Part shown: positions 26,238-38,202 of the stretch, piece by piece
Numbering within the stretch: the stretch's first letter is position 1
Layout: each line of letters opens with the position of its first letter
The notes under the pieces: model-generated
Database searches by the model: none
What the model saw: the letters and a program-made list of their open reading frames with translations, nothing else
What the model was told of the DNA's origin: nothing
Assembly (NCBI GenBank): GCA_002633005.1
Contig: NMRA01000518.1
Coordinates: forward strand, 186,001-250,000
Source: Phoronis australis
Lineage: Eukaryota > Animalia > Phoronida
Reading direction: 5' to 3'
Length of the DNA stretch: 64,000 bases
Program-made: the position numbers and the translations under genes

Positions 26238-28240
26238 TGTAATACGTGCATGGGCGATTTTGAATTTGCAATTTTAGGGTTGGCCGAATACTGAAGCGTT
26301 TATTTGAGTCGCTGATGGTTTCCATGTTCTTGTTTGGAACTGGAAAATGTAGTTCTGTCACAGACAGGTATATGAATGACTTGTTGACTAATATATATAT
26401 ATATGAGAAGGGCATTTGAACTTGGATAAGGCTCAGATGTGATAGGGCCTAATATTAAGGCAGAGTTGATGAGAACGGACCTGGGTTGTTGTTGTTGTAT
26501 ATACAGAGTGCGAGTGACTCCTAAGAGCCAACTGCAACCTGTCGTCTGGAGGCAGTAATCCTACATTAGGCTAGTGTGTTCACTAGTCGGAAATATCTGC
26601 TATTTCAGTTCCAGGAAGGGGTTTGGGTAGGTGTTTACATACTACGGTCCATTTCGCGCACCCAGGCCAGAGAATGACCGCGGCGCACCGCAGCTGCTCG
26701 CTGTCGCTCCTGATTATGGCTACCAAGTAATAGCTACATTGTGTAAGCCAGCCGACCGCATAAAACGTCGGTGCAGTATTATCTAACAATTGGCAAGGCC
26801 TGAATAAGACATCAGAATGATATTCACAAATAAAACCACCAGGGCATCGAATTAAATTTTTAGGTTCACATTGAAAACCCTTGCTCAAAATCGATTAAAT
26901 ACAGTGGTCGAACGATGGAAATTGATGTACAACTCACCGATAAACAAAAACTTGTGACATTTGCGGAATTAATACGCGCCACACACTTCTTGAATCATAT
27001 GTTCAGTATTATCAATAAAATGTTTGAATTCAAAATATCTTGTCTTTATAACTCTTTATTCATTCTATGAACTGTTAATTAAGTTGCCTTTCAGTTGAAA
27101 AACCGCCATTTGTTTTCCAATTTGCTTCAGTAAGTGGGAATCATCTTCCCCGCGCATTATCAACTTTCCGCGTGAAAAAATAAAAATTAAAAAGCAAAAT
27201 AATAGTCAGATAGGTGAGTGCCTGATTAGACAGTTTAGAGTGATTTGAGGACCAATTACTTCCACTAAATAACAGGCTTACCGTCGTTCAAATTAATCTG
27301 GAGTATAGTGTATTTACAAACCAAGTATTTCTCTGTTGTCGATAGTTCTAAGACACAGTCCAGATAACACTTCCTGTCGATTTTAACTATTTAGAAGAAC
27401 AGTCGGCCTTTGCTTAGTTGGAAATCCAACAATGTTCTAATTTTTCCTGATCTGTTTCAAGCTCCACTTATAGTTAGGTTAGTTCACTATGTTGCTCAGT
27501 GGTTTGAGATGCGGCCTCTAGTTTTGGAGACCCTGGCTTTACTGGCAGACACTCGAGCATAGCACATACGTGTCTCCCACTCCTCTGAGCTCGGTCTTGC
27601 TGGTGAGTTTATGTGCAAGGGAGTAAATATAACGCGAAAGTGATTTTTGGAGCAGTGCTCATATTTTTTCACTGTGCACGTTCCAAATGTTTAAACTTCC
27701 AACATTACGCCGACCTCACTTTGAATGTGCGTGCCTTATGTTACAAGAGCGTTACATTTACTCATAATGATACGTGACCAAATGTGCAGGAACTGGAGAC
27801 TGAAAATAGTGCGTTCATGACCAATTGGGGTAGCTGGGCCTTTATTGGCACACACAGGTATGTACCTAATTGTTACCCAAGAGGTTACAATATAAGCGCG
27901 TTCATGACGAAAGTATAAAGGCAGGCACGATGGAGGCTGATATACAAAGTCAGATAAGAGATAAGTATCCCTTTAGGGCCTTCCGTACTAACGCAACATG
28001 ATCGCGTAACTTCAGACAGTCGACGCGTTGATGTTTATGGGCGTTACGGTCACTTTCCAGGCTGGCAGGCCGTAATGCAGTTTAAATCCAATAGACATTC
28101 TGTATGGTTTCAACCTCTACAAGAGGATGGCGTTTTGGGAGAAACTTTTACGAAATCCGGAGTGACTTTTTCCTGGAAGCACCCAACAAATGGGTCCCTT
28201 TTAATCATTCTAAAGGACCGTGAGTGTTTCCCATGTAAAA

Positions 28241-28601
28241 AGGATACTAAAACCTGTTTCATGATTCAAGCCAATCCTCGTTGTGTCACCTGTTGGCGTG
28301 GATCTTGAAGTATAACAGCAGTAATAAGCCAAAAACTCACACTCCCTATGTCAGAGATTAGACATCATGGTTTTTGGTGACCCAGCAATGGTGGGTGGTC
28401 TTTCCCCGCAGTTGCCGTGTAAGTAATGCGCCAAAAGCGTAAGTCACGCTTGCCCGTTTTGCAAAATTTTGAACAATTTTAAAAATGTTGAGGGTTGTCG
28501 GGTGATTACAGACTCTGAGAGCATTACTTTGTTTCAGTGAATTTGGATAGATAAGCCGTTTTTAATATCTGTTAATAGGTCAAAACAGGGTTTGGTATCC
28601 T
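28241..28601. mobile_element. Kolobok-type family C copy
   Basis: AGGATACTAAAACCTGTTT ... AAACAGGGTTTGGTATCCT|TTAA; interior homologous to 21295-21652. Confidence 0.7.
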
Positions 28602-28945
28602 TTAAGTGCGCTTGAGTGGGTTTGCACACAACGAAACTGACACTTGGGATATAAAAAAAATCTTATAATACAAATCTTCGTCGCAAGTCTATCAGCTCAA
28701 CTTTATGCTAAGTAAAACACAACCCCACACAAGCAGCTTTAGCCAGCTGAACTGCAAAAAAGTGTTCTGCACTATGTATCTCATTGGTTCTGCATACCAG
28801 CAATCCCAAGTAAAGGTTTTCGATCACGTGCTCCGCTTTTACAGTTGCTACATCTCACGGAGACTTGCGTGATCTCGCCATTCTCCCCGCCGAAATTAAC
28901 CTGACGATCGAACCCATCTTAGAATCCATATTGGCTTACTTTCAG

Positions 28946-29117
28946 CCGGGAATTCAACATTGACACAGGAGGAACTGATAGCTGTGATTGTGACGCCCTC
29001 TGTCGGAGGCACTCTTATCATAGCTGTGACCGTAGGACTTTGTATCTGGTGGTTTAAATGCCGAACCAGACCAGAAGAGGAGAAAAATACAAGCAACCAC
29101 ATAGTCCTTCATGACAG
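28946..29117 (+). CDS. Uncharacterised single-pass membrane protein, TM exon
   Basis: TTACTTTCAG|CC...GACAG|GTGAGA; phase 1 in, phase 2 out. Encodes GNSTLTQEE-LIAVIVTPSVGGTLIIAVTVGLCIWWF-KCRTRPEEEK: N-glycosylation sequon, TM helix and basic stop-transfer. Not in the ORF track. Confidence 0.8.
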
Positions 29118-31064
29118 GTGAGAAGTTGCAAAAATGTACAAAAGCTGCCCAAGGCACACACGCAAGTGAGAATAAACAAATATTTAACGTAAACCAAATT
29201 TATTGAAGGATGTATACATGTGTATGTATCATACTTTCTAAATGCCACAATAAAAAATTATAATGTCAGTAATACTTAATTTCAGAAAAATATAAATTGC
29301 TCAGTTCATATTTTGTATGTTACAGAATCTACCATAGAACACGGGAAATACTTTTTCACATCTGTCGTTTTTAACAGCCCAACTATTGAGCAAGACTTGT
29401 AAGACCATTGCATTTCTTTACAAACCTTACGAAAAGTTTTGGCTGCAAAGGTCATTGATTCCTTTTGTTATTTCTCTGTCGGGAGTGAGCGCCCTCCGTT
29501 GGCAATGCCTATACGCTAAAATCAGTATTTGTTGTCAAAATCCTGTCGCTCGGTATTTGTGTATTACCGCAATTTTCACAACCACATTGTAAATGGTATT
29601 TACGTTTAGCCAATTGGCAAAATATTGTCGTTAAGAGTTTTATCTCAACAGCACACGCAGTTCCATGCTACCGTGTGAATACATTGTGTCTTTCATAATT
29701 AGAAGTATTGACACCGTGCCACATGAAGCATTCGATGTTTTGAGTACAATTTACTATTCTAGAGGCCCGCCTACGGCTCCGTTCGATGACGAACCAATGT
29801 GAGTAACGGGATGCCAGCTTCATTTGAGCTTACACTCGCAGATCTGAAATTACCTCGGCACATTTTCGCATTTGTTTGGTTAATCATGCCTCTGAGCTTT
29901 CTAAGAAATGAATGTCAGGGGAAGAAGTAATTCAATAGCCGAGCCTGTAAATTTCACCTCTGAACCCCAGTCCTGAACAAGCAGACACTATGCAAACCCA
30001 CGATACAAATCCCCGAATTCGCACCCCTATATTCCGCACACGTCCCAAAACTGCTCCATAGACTGGGACCAAACTCCAGTTCCGGCGAGCAGTCCTCGGG
30101 ACTGGGGTTTGGTCCTCAGGTATGGAGCTTTTTCGGCTTGTGTGTGGAGTTAAGGGGGGCGGTTCTGGGGGTTTTCTGGGGTTTTGATGTGCTTGGTGGT
30201 CCGTTTTCATCCCCTGAATGTACCAGGAGACGTCTGGGAAACAATTTCAGATGTTTTCAGCAAAACTTTAATAAAACTAAAGGAATCATTTTGGGAATGC
30301 AATATTCCTTGCTATGGCAATAGGTTGTTGACGAGTATTGGCCGTCACCAAAAGCTCACTAACCACAGCTTTTTCTAATCGCTCATAACACGCTTCAGTA
30401 ACATATTTTAGAGATTCGAGTTTGGCACTAAAGCTTAGTTTGGAAACCAGAGTCCACATATCTGTAAGCCTATTTGAGTATATTGGTTTATTGTGCACAC
30501 AACAGTTTTCCATATTTTCGCCATTTTCTCACCAGATGACGATTTGATCACTCCAAAGCGATATCTGGCGAGAAAATGCATTTTCCTCTCCTCCGCAGGC
30601 AGGGTTAAATCAGGAGAGCAATTGTGTTTTACAATAAAATCAGAAAATCAGAGATGTATGGAGGTATTAACACTTGTCTTCATAAAAGATGCCCCCATTC
30701 TAAGAAGTTTACTTTTAATGTGCATTTTTCTAGCGTTTATGGTCACCGCAAACCAAACCGGCCACCAAATATGCGAGCAATTATTTCAACCCAAACCACG
30801 ACTAGCCTGCGACTACTGAGGCACCAGCAGCCAAAAATAGCCTCGTCACCCGTGGTCACCTCACGTAGCGAAGATATTAACGTGACCAGCCCACTCAGCA
30901 CTCGCCAACTTCTACCGAGATTTGCTGGGGGTGGTGTAATTCGAGTGTGTCTCAAAAACTATTGAGTGCCATCTATGCAAATGTATATGACGTTACACTT
31001 ACATCCGAACTTAGGTGCATGCGTCTGCCAAAACATGATAGATGCCAGAACGAAGCTAATAGAG

Positions 31065-31311
31065 CATGCGCGCACCCACGGGGGCTCGTTTGAGCCCCCC
31101 CCCCATTTGGCGAAGTGCGCAAAAATGTCCACATCAGAGAAACAGAAAGTCCGAAAAACGAGACAGAAGTCCACTAAATAGGCGCAGACGCACAGTTCAC
31201 AGTTCTGAAGATGGTACCCCGTTTTTTTTTAATTCCACGCTTTTTTGTCAGCAAAAGGTCCACATCGCCAGAAATTCGAGCCCCCCATATTAAAGGCTGG
31301 GTGCGCGCATG
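31065..31311. mobile_element. MITE family M copy 2 (opposite orientation)
   Basis: CATGCGCGCACCCAC ... CTGGGTGCGCGCATG; flanks TAGAG / TAGCG (5-bp TSD with one mismatch). Confidence 0.85.
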
Positions 31312-31625
31312 TAGCGTATAGTGACGATTGTGTTATCTGTTGCACTAGATGTTAAAATGTCTCAATTTAAGATTAAATAATAGCCTGAAAAGAAATAAGG
31401 ATGAATAAAATCATCCATCACAATAAGATTCTCATCTGTTCATGAGGGACACGTGCCAGTGACAAGAACTAGAGCCCTGCCGAATCACAAATGTATTATT
31501 TATGAACGCAATTTAGGCGAATATATAAGATTACAACAATCTTGGCGATATCATTCCTAGCCATTTCCGTATCGCGTTTTTCATATCCAAACTCATTTGA
31601 CTTTGTTGCTCACTGATTGTTTCAG

Positions 31626-31910
31626 CTGTGACAGTTTTCGTCACACTCGTGCTCCGACACGTAAACCTATTTACGATTCGAGCATAGATCCACAAGGGTA
31701 CTACGAAAATTCCCATTTTCACAACCCTGCCTCGCAACCTTCAAATGGGTTTGTCAAGCCGCCACAATATCCACAAAACGACGAGAATATTAGATACAAC
31801 CCTCTCTTTGAACACTATCCAACAAGAACGAGGGAAGCTAATCCAAACCTCTGGAATTATCAAGAGCCAAGCGACGTGGATGGGCGAGCTGCCGTAACGT
31901 CTGTTTCGAG
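31626..31910 (+). CDS. Single-pass membrane protein, cytoplasmic exon
   Basis: GTTTCAG|C ... TCGAG|GTAATT; 285 nt, phase 2/2; in frame SCDSFRHTRAPTRKPIYDSSIDPQGYYENSHF...AAVTSVS. Confidence 0.78.
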
Positions 31911-32020
31911 GTAATTGTCATTCTTTGACTATATAAGAAATGTGAGTGTTTGTATTGAGATGAAATAACCTGTGAAAATATAAATTTTATTATCTCATAA
32001 CTTGCTCCTCTAGTGAGGCC

Positions 32021-32629
32021 CAGAGCCTGTTTCATGAAACCCACCTAAGACTTAAGACCAAAAATGTGTCTAAGTTAAGACCGAACACGAAAATTCAGAA
32101 AAGACCGTCTCATGAACACAGACTCGGATTTTGATCTTCGATCCAACTTAGAAACCAAGTCGTTTTTTGACATAGGCGACCATACAAACTACGTTTTCGG
32201 CACCTGCCGCCAATTCACAAAACTAAGTGAGGCGGGGTGCGAAATGCGGTTTCAAGAACAATCTTTCTCTTGACACTCTAAATGGGGCTTATTTACATTT
32301 TGGATATAACCTGCATCTCGTTTTCTAGCGAAGACCCTTGTAAGACTGGAAAATATTATTTCACATGTGCCAGTACTAAGTCACACTGCATTGTCTCTTC
32401 GGTCTTTGCTGGTTCTGGAATCGATGACATTGTTTAGGTACATTAGATTGTAAAAATACAAACTAAATCTGTTACTCAGCAGTTTCAGTGATAATAATCC
32501 CAAATTTTGGTCATTTAAACAAAAATCCAATCTTATGCCTACATTGTGGCAAGCCAACTTACGGTCTAAGCTTAGACCGATTTCGGTCTTAATTTTGGTC
32601 TAAAAAAATTTCATGAAACGTTCTCCCAG
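32021..32629. mobile_element. PIF/Harbinger-type MITE
   Basis: CAG|AGCCTGTTTCATGAAA ... TTTCATGAAACGTTCTCC|CAG; 3-bp CAG duplication; inverted subterminal TAAGACC/GGTCTTA motifs. Confidence 0.65.
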
Positions 32630-32752
32630 TTAGCATCGTGTTGAATGCAAAACGCAAAGGTGTAAAGGTCTTCGATTGTAATGCTGACATGCGTTTGTAA
32701 CATACGTGCACCATTGGGTTTCATAGTTTACCAAAATCTTTTCACATTACAG

Positions 32753-33001
32753 GGAGTTACAAGACAATCCATCCCCTAGCAGACTCCCTCGTTATGATCC
32801 ATCAATGCCAAGTCAACCACAGGAGCTACGAAGCAACCCTTACCAACAAGCGACACAAAGCTACCCTTCCCAACAAGCGACACAAAGCTACCCTTCCCAA
32901 CAAGCGACACAAAGCTACCCTTACCAACAAGCGACACAAAGCTACCCTTACCAGCAAGCGACTAAAAGAAGCGAGGATCCCAGTCGGAAAGAAGTTGCGA
33001 G
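32753..33001 (+). CDS. Single-pass membrane protein, exon with coding 27-bp repeat (P[Y/S]QQATQSY)
   Basis: TTTTCACATTACAG|G ... GCGAG|GTATTT; 249 nt, phase 2/2; in frame ELQDNPSPSRLPRYDPSMPSQPQELRSNPYQQATQSYPSQQAT...KEVA. Confidence 0.78.
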
Positions 33002-34689
33002 GTATTTCCGAAATAGCTTTCACATAATACTCACTGAAACACCAAATATGCCAGAAGCGGGACGTTCGTTGACCGACAAAAATTTTTATGCGTGTATATT
33101 ACCGAAAATGCGAATCCAAAGAATATATTTGGGTATAACAATGTCAGAGCTTTGTATCCAAATACTTAAGTATAACAGAATGGATAAATGCAAACGAACG
33201 AACATATTATCAAACACAAAAAAGACTATGACAACGAGGCTGCTACATAACTAAAGCTCACGTCAATCATACTTCGGTGTTAAAAACATCTACTTTCTTC
33301 CGAACCATTGTTATTCCGTTCTTTCCCTTTATTTGCTTTATTTGAATATATCATTTGCAATAAGTGGCCTGGATTTCCCAGGCAACTGTCGTATTAATTC
33401 TTCACTCGCCTGCGGCAACATGATTTTCATGGAAAGTAAATGCAATGCGAAATTCAAACTGTAAAACCACATTGTGCCCTTGAAAGTTCATTCGAGAAAG
33501 ATTATCTTTTTGTTAACACGGTTACATGAGCGCTATTTTTCGATAGTTGTTCAGATTGTTTTGGGTGAAAGGTTTTTCAAACCCATATTTCCATCTAATT
33601 GACATTTTCGCGACATCCTGTTGATGGCACCTTTACGGCGCTGACATTCAAAAAAGGTTCGAAAGCTTTCAATATCAGGTCCTTACTGAACTATTTCTTT
33701 GAACGGACTCATGGAATGTCGTCGATCTCCACGTTGTGTTGTTTGACAGTTCTGGGTGACTCGCCGACTTGCGGTCGAGTCGTTCTCTCCACATTGTAAC
33801 TAGATACAATTATCAATTAAAAAATATACAATCTAAACTGAGTTCACGAGAACCCTAAAGTAGAAATTAATGACAATGATAATTGGGTAATTTGTAGAAA
33901 ATGGTGGCAATAATCGAATCAAGGGCATGGAAGAGAGTAGTAATATCAATGTGATGATGAAGCTATATTAACATAGATTTGTTCAGTCCTGACGTCATCG
34001 TTATTCGCCAACCCTGAAAGTTGCGGACTCGAAAATGGCGCAAGGAGCGTACACATTTTCTATGACTTGAATTAGCTATTCATTCCGCAACGATTCAAGA
34101 TCGTACTAGCGTGGTTATGTTTCTTAAGATGTTAACAATGGTAAATGGAGCTTTAAGAGGGGACAGAATTTGAGCAACTTTTAAGTGATGACATGGTAGA
34201 AATTTCCACAATCGGATGCACTGAACAAGAAGAGATTTAGTCTAAAAACGAATTGCATTTTTGTAACGTCTGAGAGCGCCATCCCGTTTAGCAAGTCAAA
34301 ATGCTTTATCTTCCTGGAACGTACCAGCCGCCATACAATGCTGCCTGACTATGGAGTCTATTGACATATAAAACTGTTAAAAATAGTATCTGCATAAAAA
34401 ATGAGATGAAATGACAAAATTTCAAGGTGATGACAAGTCAATATTTTTAGAGCGCTTTTAAAGGAATTATTGAAGTTTTTTTGAAGAGTTGTATTGTACG
34501 AAGGTTCAATGTTGATTTAGTGCCCAGGGTTACCCCAATATGATGGAGAGAACTTTTTTAGGGATTTAATTATGAGAGAGGTTTCGCAAAGCGACCTGAA
34601 CGGGAAGTATCATACGTTTATAATACCGCGTCATCCATGCCATTGTTGGCTGTGACGTAATCCCGATAGTGTTTGAGTATTTTACGTGA

Positions 34690-35320
34690 ATACATACACA
34701 AAACGCACCGAGAGTGGCGTACATGAAGTAGTATCCCACGAGACATTATTCCGCGTATACGCGGAATAAGGTCGAGTGGGATATTACTTCATGTACGCCA
34801 ATCGAGGTACGTTTTGTATTTATCCCATGCGCTTCGAATTACTAAGTTTCTTACATTTTTTCGGCAGATTTCTTAAATACTTCACCCAGGATGTTCACAT
34901 GGCAGATCACATCCTATACACTGCATGTATGTACTTGCGCGTTAGGTTGCAAGTTTTCTCTTGTAAAAGAAACAGTTTTAAAAGTAACGATTTATTTCTT
35001 GAAAAGAGGTAACAAAGATGAAAACAACGGCAACTGTGCAGTGAACTTGTAACATCTCCTGGAAATAGTTAAAAAAACAACATTTGATTTAGTAGTTTCC
35101 TAGGAATCGGCGCCTGAGTTGCAGACGATATAGTATTCAGCAATTGAAAACTGAGACATAAGTGTCATATAATTAAAAGTTTTGTTCCAGATTTTACGTT
35201 TTAGGGCCTGATTGCATGTCGAGTGTTAGTTACACTGCTGCAACTGTATTACTGTAAACTATATTATTCGGAAAGTTTGATGATCGAACCGGCTGAAGAC
35301 GTCGCGTCGACATTGACCTA
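34690..35320. mobile_element. Repeat family D: ~68-bp module fused in inverted orientation to a ~560-bp module
   Basis: Palindrome centred on CCGCGTATACGCGG (34751-64). The long module recurs at 46356-46912 and the short module at 63102-63170. Confidence 0.75.
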
Positions 35321-36481
35321 CCTTTTGAACTTTTCATGTCAGAGGTCACTGTTGAAGTAGCGCGGGAGGTGAATACGGGAAACTTTATTAAATGGCCGTA
35401 TTTCCCTCGACAGATTCAACGCGTATGGGATAAAGTGAGATTCGTGTCGCTTTAAACGCGAATCCTGCGGCCTTTTTAAATTCTTATTTGGTAAGACATT
35501 GAAATGATTTTTAATTTGATAGGGTCCTCAATCTTTCATCTTTGCTTCAGTTTAAAATGAACACGATTCTTTTGTCTATAAATGTTCTTTAAGTTTATTT
35601 GCAAGAAACCACCTTTTCCAAAATCCTTATTCTGCCGAGGTTCGCTAGATATCAGCGAACTGGAATGGATTTTTAATAGATATGATTTTGGGTTGTTAAA
35701 TTTTTACATGCTTAATTTACATACATCTATTTATTTCAAACTGCAAATAAATTTTGCATTCTAACAGTTGACCATTTCTCTCAGGAGTTTGTAGAAACGA
35801 CTTTTTTACGTAAAAGAAGTTGCAATGGCAGAGTGACTTTCAAGTTTTTTGAAAACTAGCTGACATGCACTAAGCCTACAATAACTGGACACTCTGAGCT
35901 CAGTTATTCAGTTCACGTTTACTTTCACGTTCACGTAAACATTTAGCTTCTGCGAAACTCAGTTTTGTTACTGTAATGTGAATCGGCACGTGCAATTCAC
36001 GTTCACGTCGTTTCGCAAAACCTCTTTACTAACAAGAGACCTAGAACACTGTCTTGAAATACACCAACATTTACTAAACTATTAGACATTTCGCCAGACA
36101 ATACACTATCTACTCTGACACTACCTTTCACGGGCAATTGTGTGAGCCTCTATTCTCTACTTGACCGCGTTATCTTCAATATGACGACACAAACGTGATA
36201 AATGACGCGCATGAAATTCTCCATCACTGCACAATATGTCTTGAACTTGAAATTAATTACCTGTATGTCTTATTTTTCAACGAAAGTGAATATTGAAAAA
36301 AAAAATACATCATTATCAGCATAGTTTGTTCTGAATAGATATATCAAACCTCGTTGAAAACACGACTGGACTTTTTTGACAGCTTTAATACAGACTCGTT
36401 CGTAGTGTCGGAGCAATCTCCTTACTTCAGGCGTGCAGCTATGTAACAAAAGACCGAGAGACATAACTGTCCAACAATTTC

Positions 36482-36526
36482 AAACACTAGATATATTTCG
36501 AGATCTCATGTCTCATCATCAGACAG
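36482..36526 (-). ncRNA. Minimal hammerhead ribozyme-like motif (core boxes intact)
   Basis: The - strand reads CTGATGA-T-GAGAC-ATGAG-ATCTC-GAAA-TATATCTAGTGTTT. Stem II is present and stem III is quasi-palindromic. Stem I and the cleavage triplet are not clearly intact. Confidence 0.55.
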
Positions 36527-36849
36527 TGAGTAAAATGAACATAATGAAGTGAAACAAACAATAACATACACGGTGACAGCAGGAAGAGGAGCATACAAGC
36601 AGACAGTGTATCACACGGTAGGAAGCTCACAAGCCTAACTAAACAGAGCCAGTGTGTGGTACACACAGTGAGCTGCTCATTCAGCACAGATAAGCAGCTC
36701 ACAGGTATGTACTGCACGCTGGCTCTGTTTCTTTAGGCTTGTGGGCTTCCTACCGTGTGATACGTTCACACTAGCTCTCTTGTTGTATGCCCCTCTTCCT
36801 GCTGTCACCGTGTATGTTTATTTCGTTTCGTATATGTTCATTGCACTTA

Positions 36850-36896
36850 TTGTCTGCTGATAAGACATGCGGTCTCTAAACATAGCTAGGGTTTAA
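36850..36896 (+). ncRNA. Degenerate hammerhead-like motif (both core boxes mutated)
   Basis: CTGCTGA-T-AAGAC-ATGCG-GTCTC-TAAA-CATAGCTAGGGTTT; mirror copy of 36482-36526. Confidence 0.45.
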
Positions 36897-37198
36897 TTTG
36901 TTTGTCTGAAAAGGCTCTCGGTCTTTTGTTACATAGCTGCACACCTGAAGAAAGGAGATTGCTTCGACACTACGAGCGAGTCTGTATTAAGCTGTCAAAC
37001 AAAAAGTCCAGTCGTGTTTTTAACGAAGTTTGAATTAACGCAGGGCTACTACCGAACTACACTAACAGATATATCAGAACACGTGGTAAAATTTCGATTA
37101 TTTCAGTAGGCCCTCAATTGGCCTTTGGAGTTTAGGAACGGAAACTCGAATTTATTTTTGTGCGAAATAAGTGAAGTGTCATAACGGTATCTTTTCAG

Positions 37199-37343
37199 TT
37201 ACGCAAAACCGGTCTACTATTATGACGACACTTTGCGAGTGGACGACGTGCAATGGAACCCTATGCGTATGAACTGGACTGAGAAGAAGGAATTCCAAGG
37301 GAAACTGTCAATACCACGAGCATCCAAAAAGATCACGTATTGA
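37199..37343 (+). CDS. Single-pass membrane protein, last coding exon
   Basis: ATCTTTTCAG|T; phase 2; SYAKPVYYYDDTLRVDDVQWNPMRMNWTEKKEFQGKLSIPRASKKITY*. Confidence 0.75.
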
Positions 37344-37771
37344 GCGAATGACAAAATACGTTAGGCAAAACATGCATTACCTTTCACATTATTTAACAAT
37401 GGTTAAAAAATCGACCTCATAATATTCCTTACCTTGATAGGATTCTAATTCGTTACCAACAAGAACATCGAAACCGTCCGCGACTCAAGGAGACCTTCAG
37501 ATTGTATTAGCGTTGTACAACCCTCAGACTGAGAATGGTGCATGCACGCAATGTACGCACACTTCAGTTGGTATAGAAAATAGAATGGTATCACGGTAAC
37601 GACTATTATGAGGCCACTTTTATGAAAGTTAAAGGTCGATTTTCATTCTTTAGCTAGCTAAACGGGACGAAATTCAGCATTAAGTAATCGCATGGTCTGT
37701 GATTTATGACAGCGAAGGAGGCATTTCGTTGACATTGAAACCCGTGTGTTTGTTGATTTTGACGATTCCAT

Positions 37772-38202
37772 CGTGTCCTAAGGTCGTAGGTTTTGAAGAG
37801 TCAAGGGTTTTTAACGAGTACCTTTCTGTACGTAGTATTGCTTATTCAACGCGTTGAGTTGTTGTCCAACGCGCTGAATTGCTTCTTGAACCATTATCCT
37901 TTTGTTCTCATTCAACGCGCAAAATTGCTTATCAACGCGCATTGAATTATGTCCAGTCAAAGTTAAGTTTACAGTCAGTACGTACTGCCAAAAGGAGGCA
38001 GCCCAGACGAAACGTGGTAAGTAAGCAATTTTGTGCGCTGAATAAATGCAGAGAGGTAATCGGTTAGAACCAATTCTTCGTGCTGAATAACTAACACAGC
38101 GCTGTAATTAAAAATCAGTGCGCGTTGAATAGGCACATTTCTACGTGTAGAAAGCTACTCTTTTAAGAACCCTTTGACCCTTCATACCCTACTCTAGACA
38201 CG
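37772..38202. mobile_element. Foldback/MITE with long imperfect TIRs
   Basis: GTCAAGGGTTTTTAACGAGTACCTTTCTGTACGTAG is mirrored by CTACGTGTAGAAAGCTACTCTTTTAAGAACCCTTTGAC; internal ATTCAACGCG repeats. Confidence 0.7.

Larger units (their letters stand above)
36345..37080. mobile_element. Penelope-like retroelement relic: two pLTRs in inverted (head-to-head) arrangement
   Basis: Arms of ~330 bp are mirrored about 36668-36702. Both encode the same ORF start; the + arm reads LGLLLHSCTPEERRLLRHYERVCIKLSNKKSSRVFNEV*INAGLLPNYTN, resembling PLE ORF N-termini. Each arm carries a hammerhead-like motif. Confidence 0.75.

Noticed and set aside
27790-27857. Exon-like segment (MTNWGSWAFIGTH, donor CAG|GTATGT) as the coding exon before the TM exon
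   Set aside because: Its open frame ends in phase 2 but the TM exon needs phase 1, and no convincing bridging exon was found. It could still be a UTR exon.
33002-33254. Second half of the 149-aa ORF
   Set aside because: It lies after the GAG|GTATTT donor; its composition changes and the frame continues properly at 37199.
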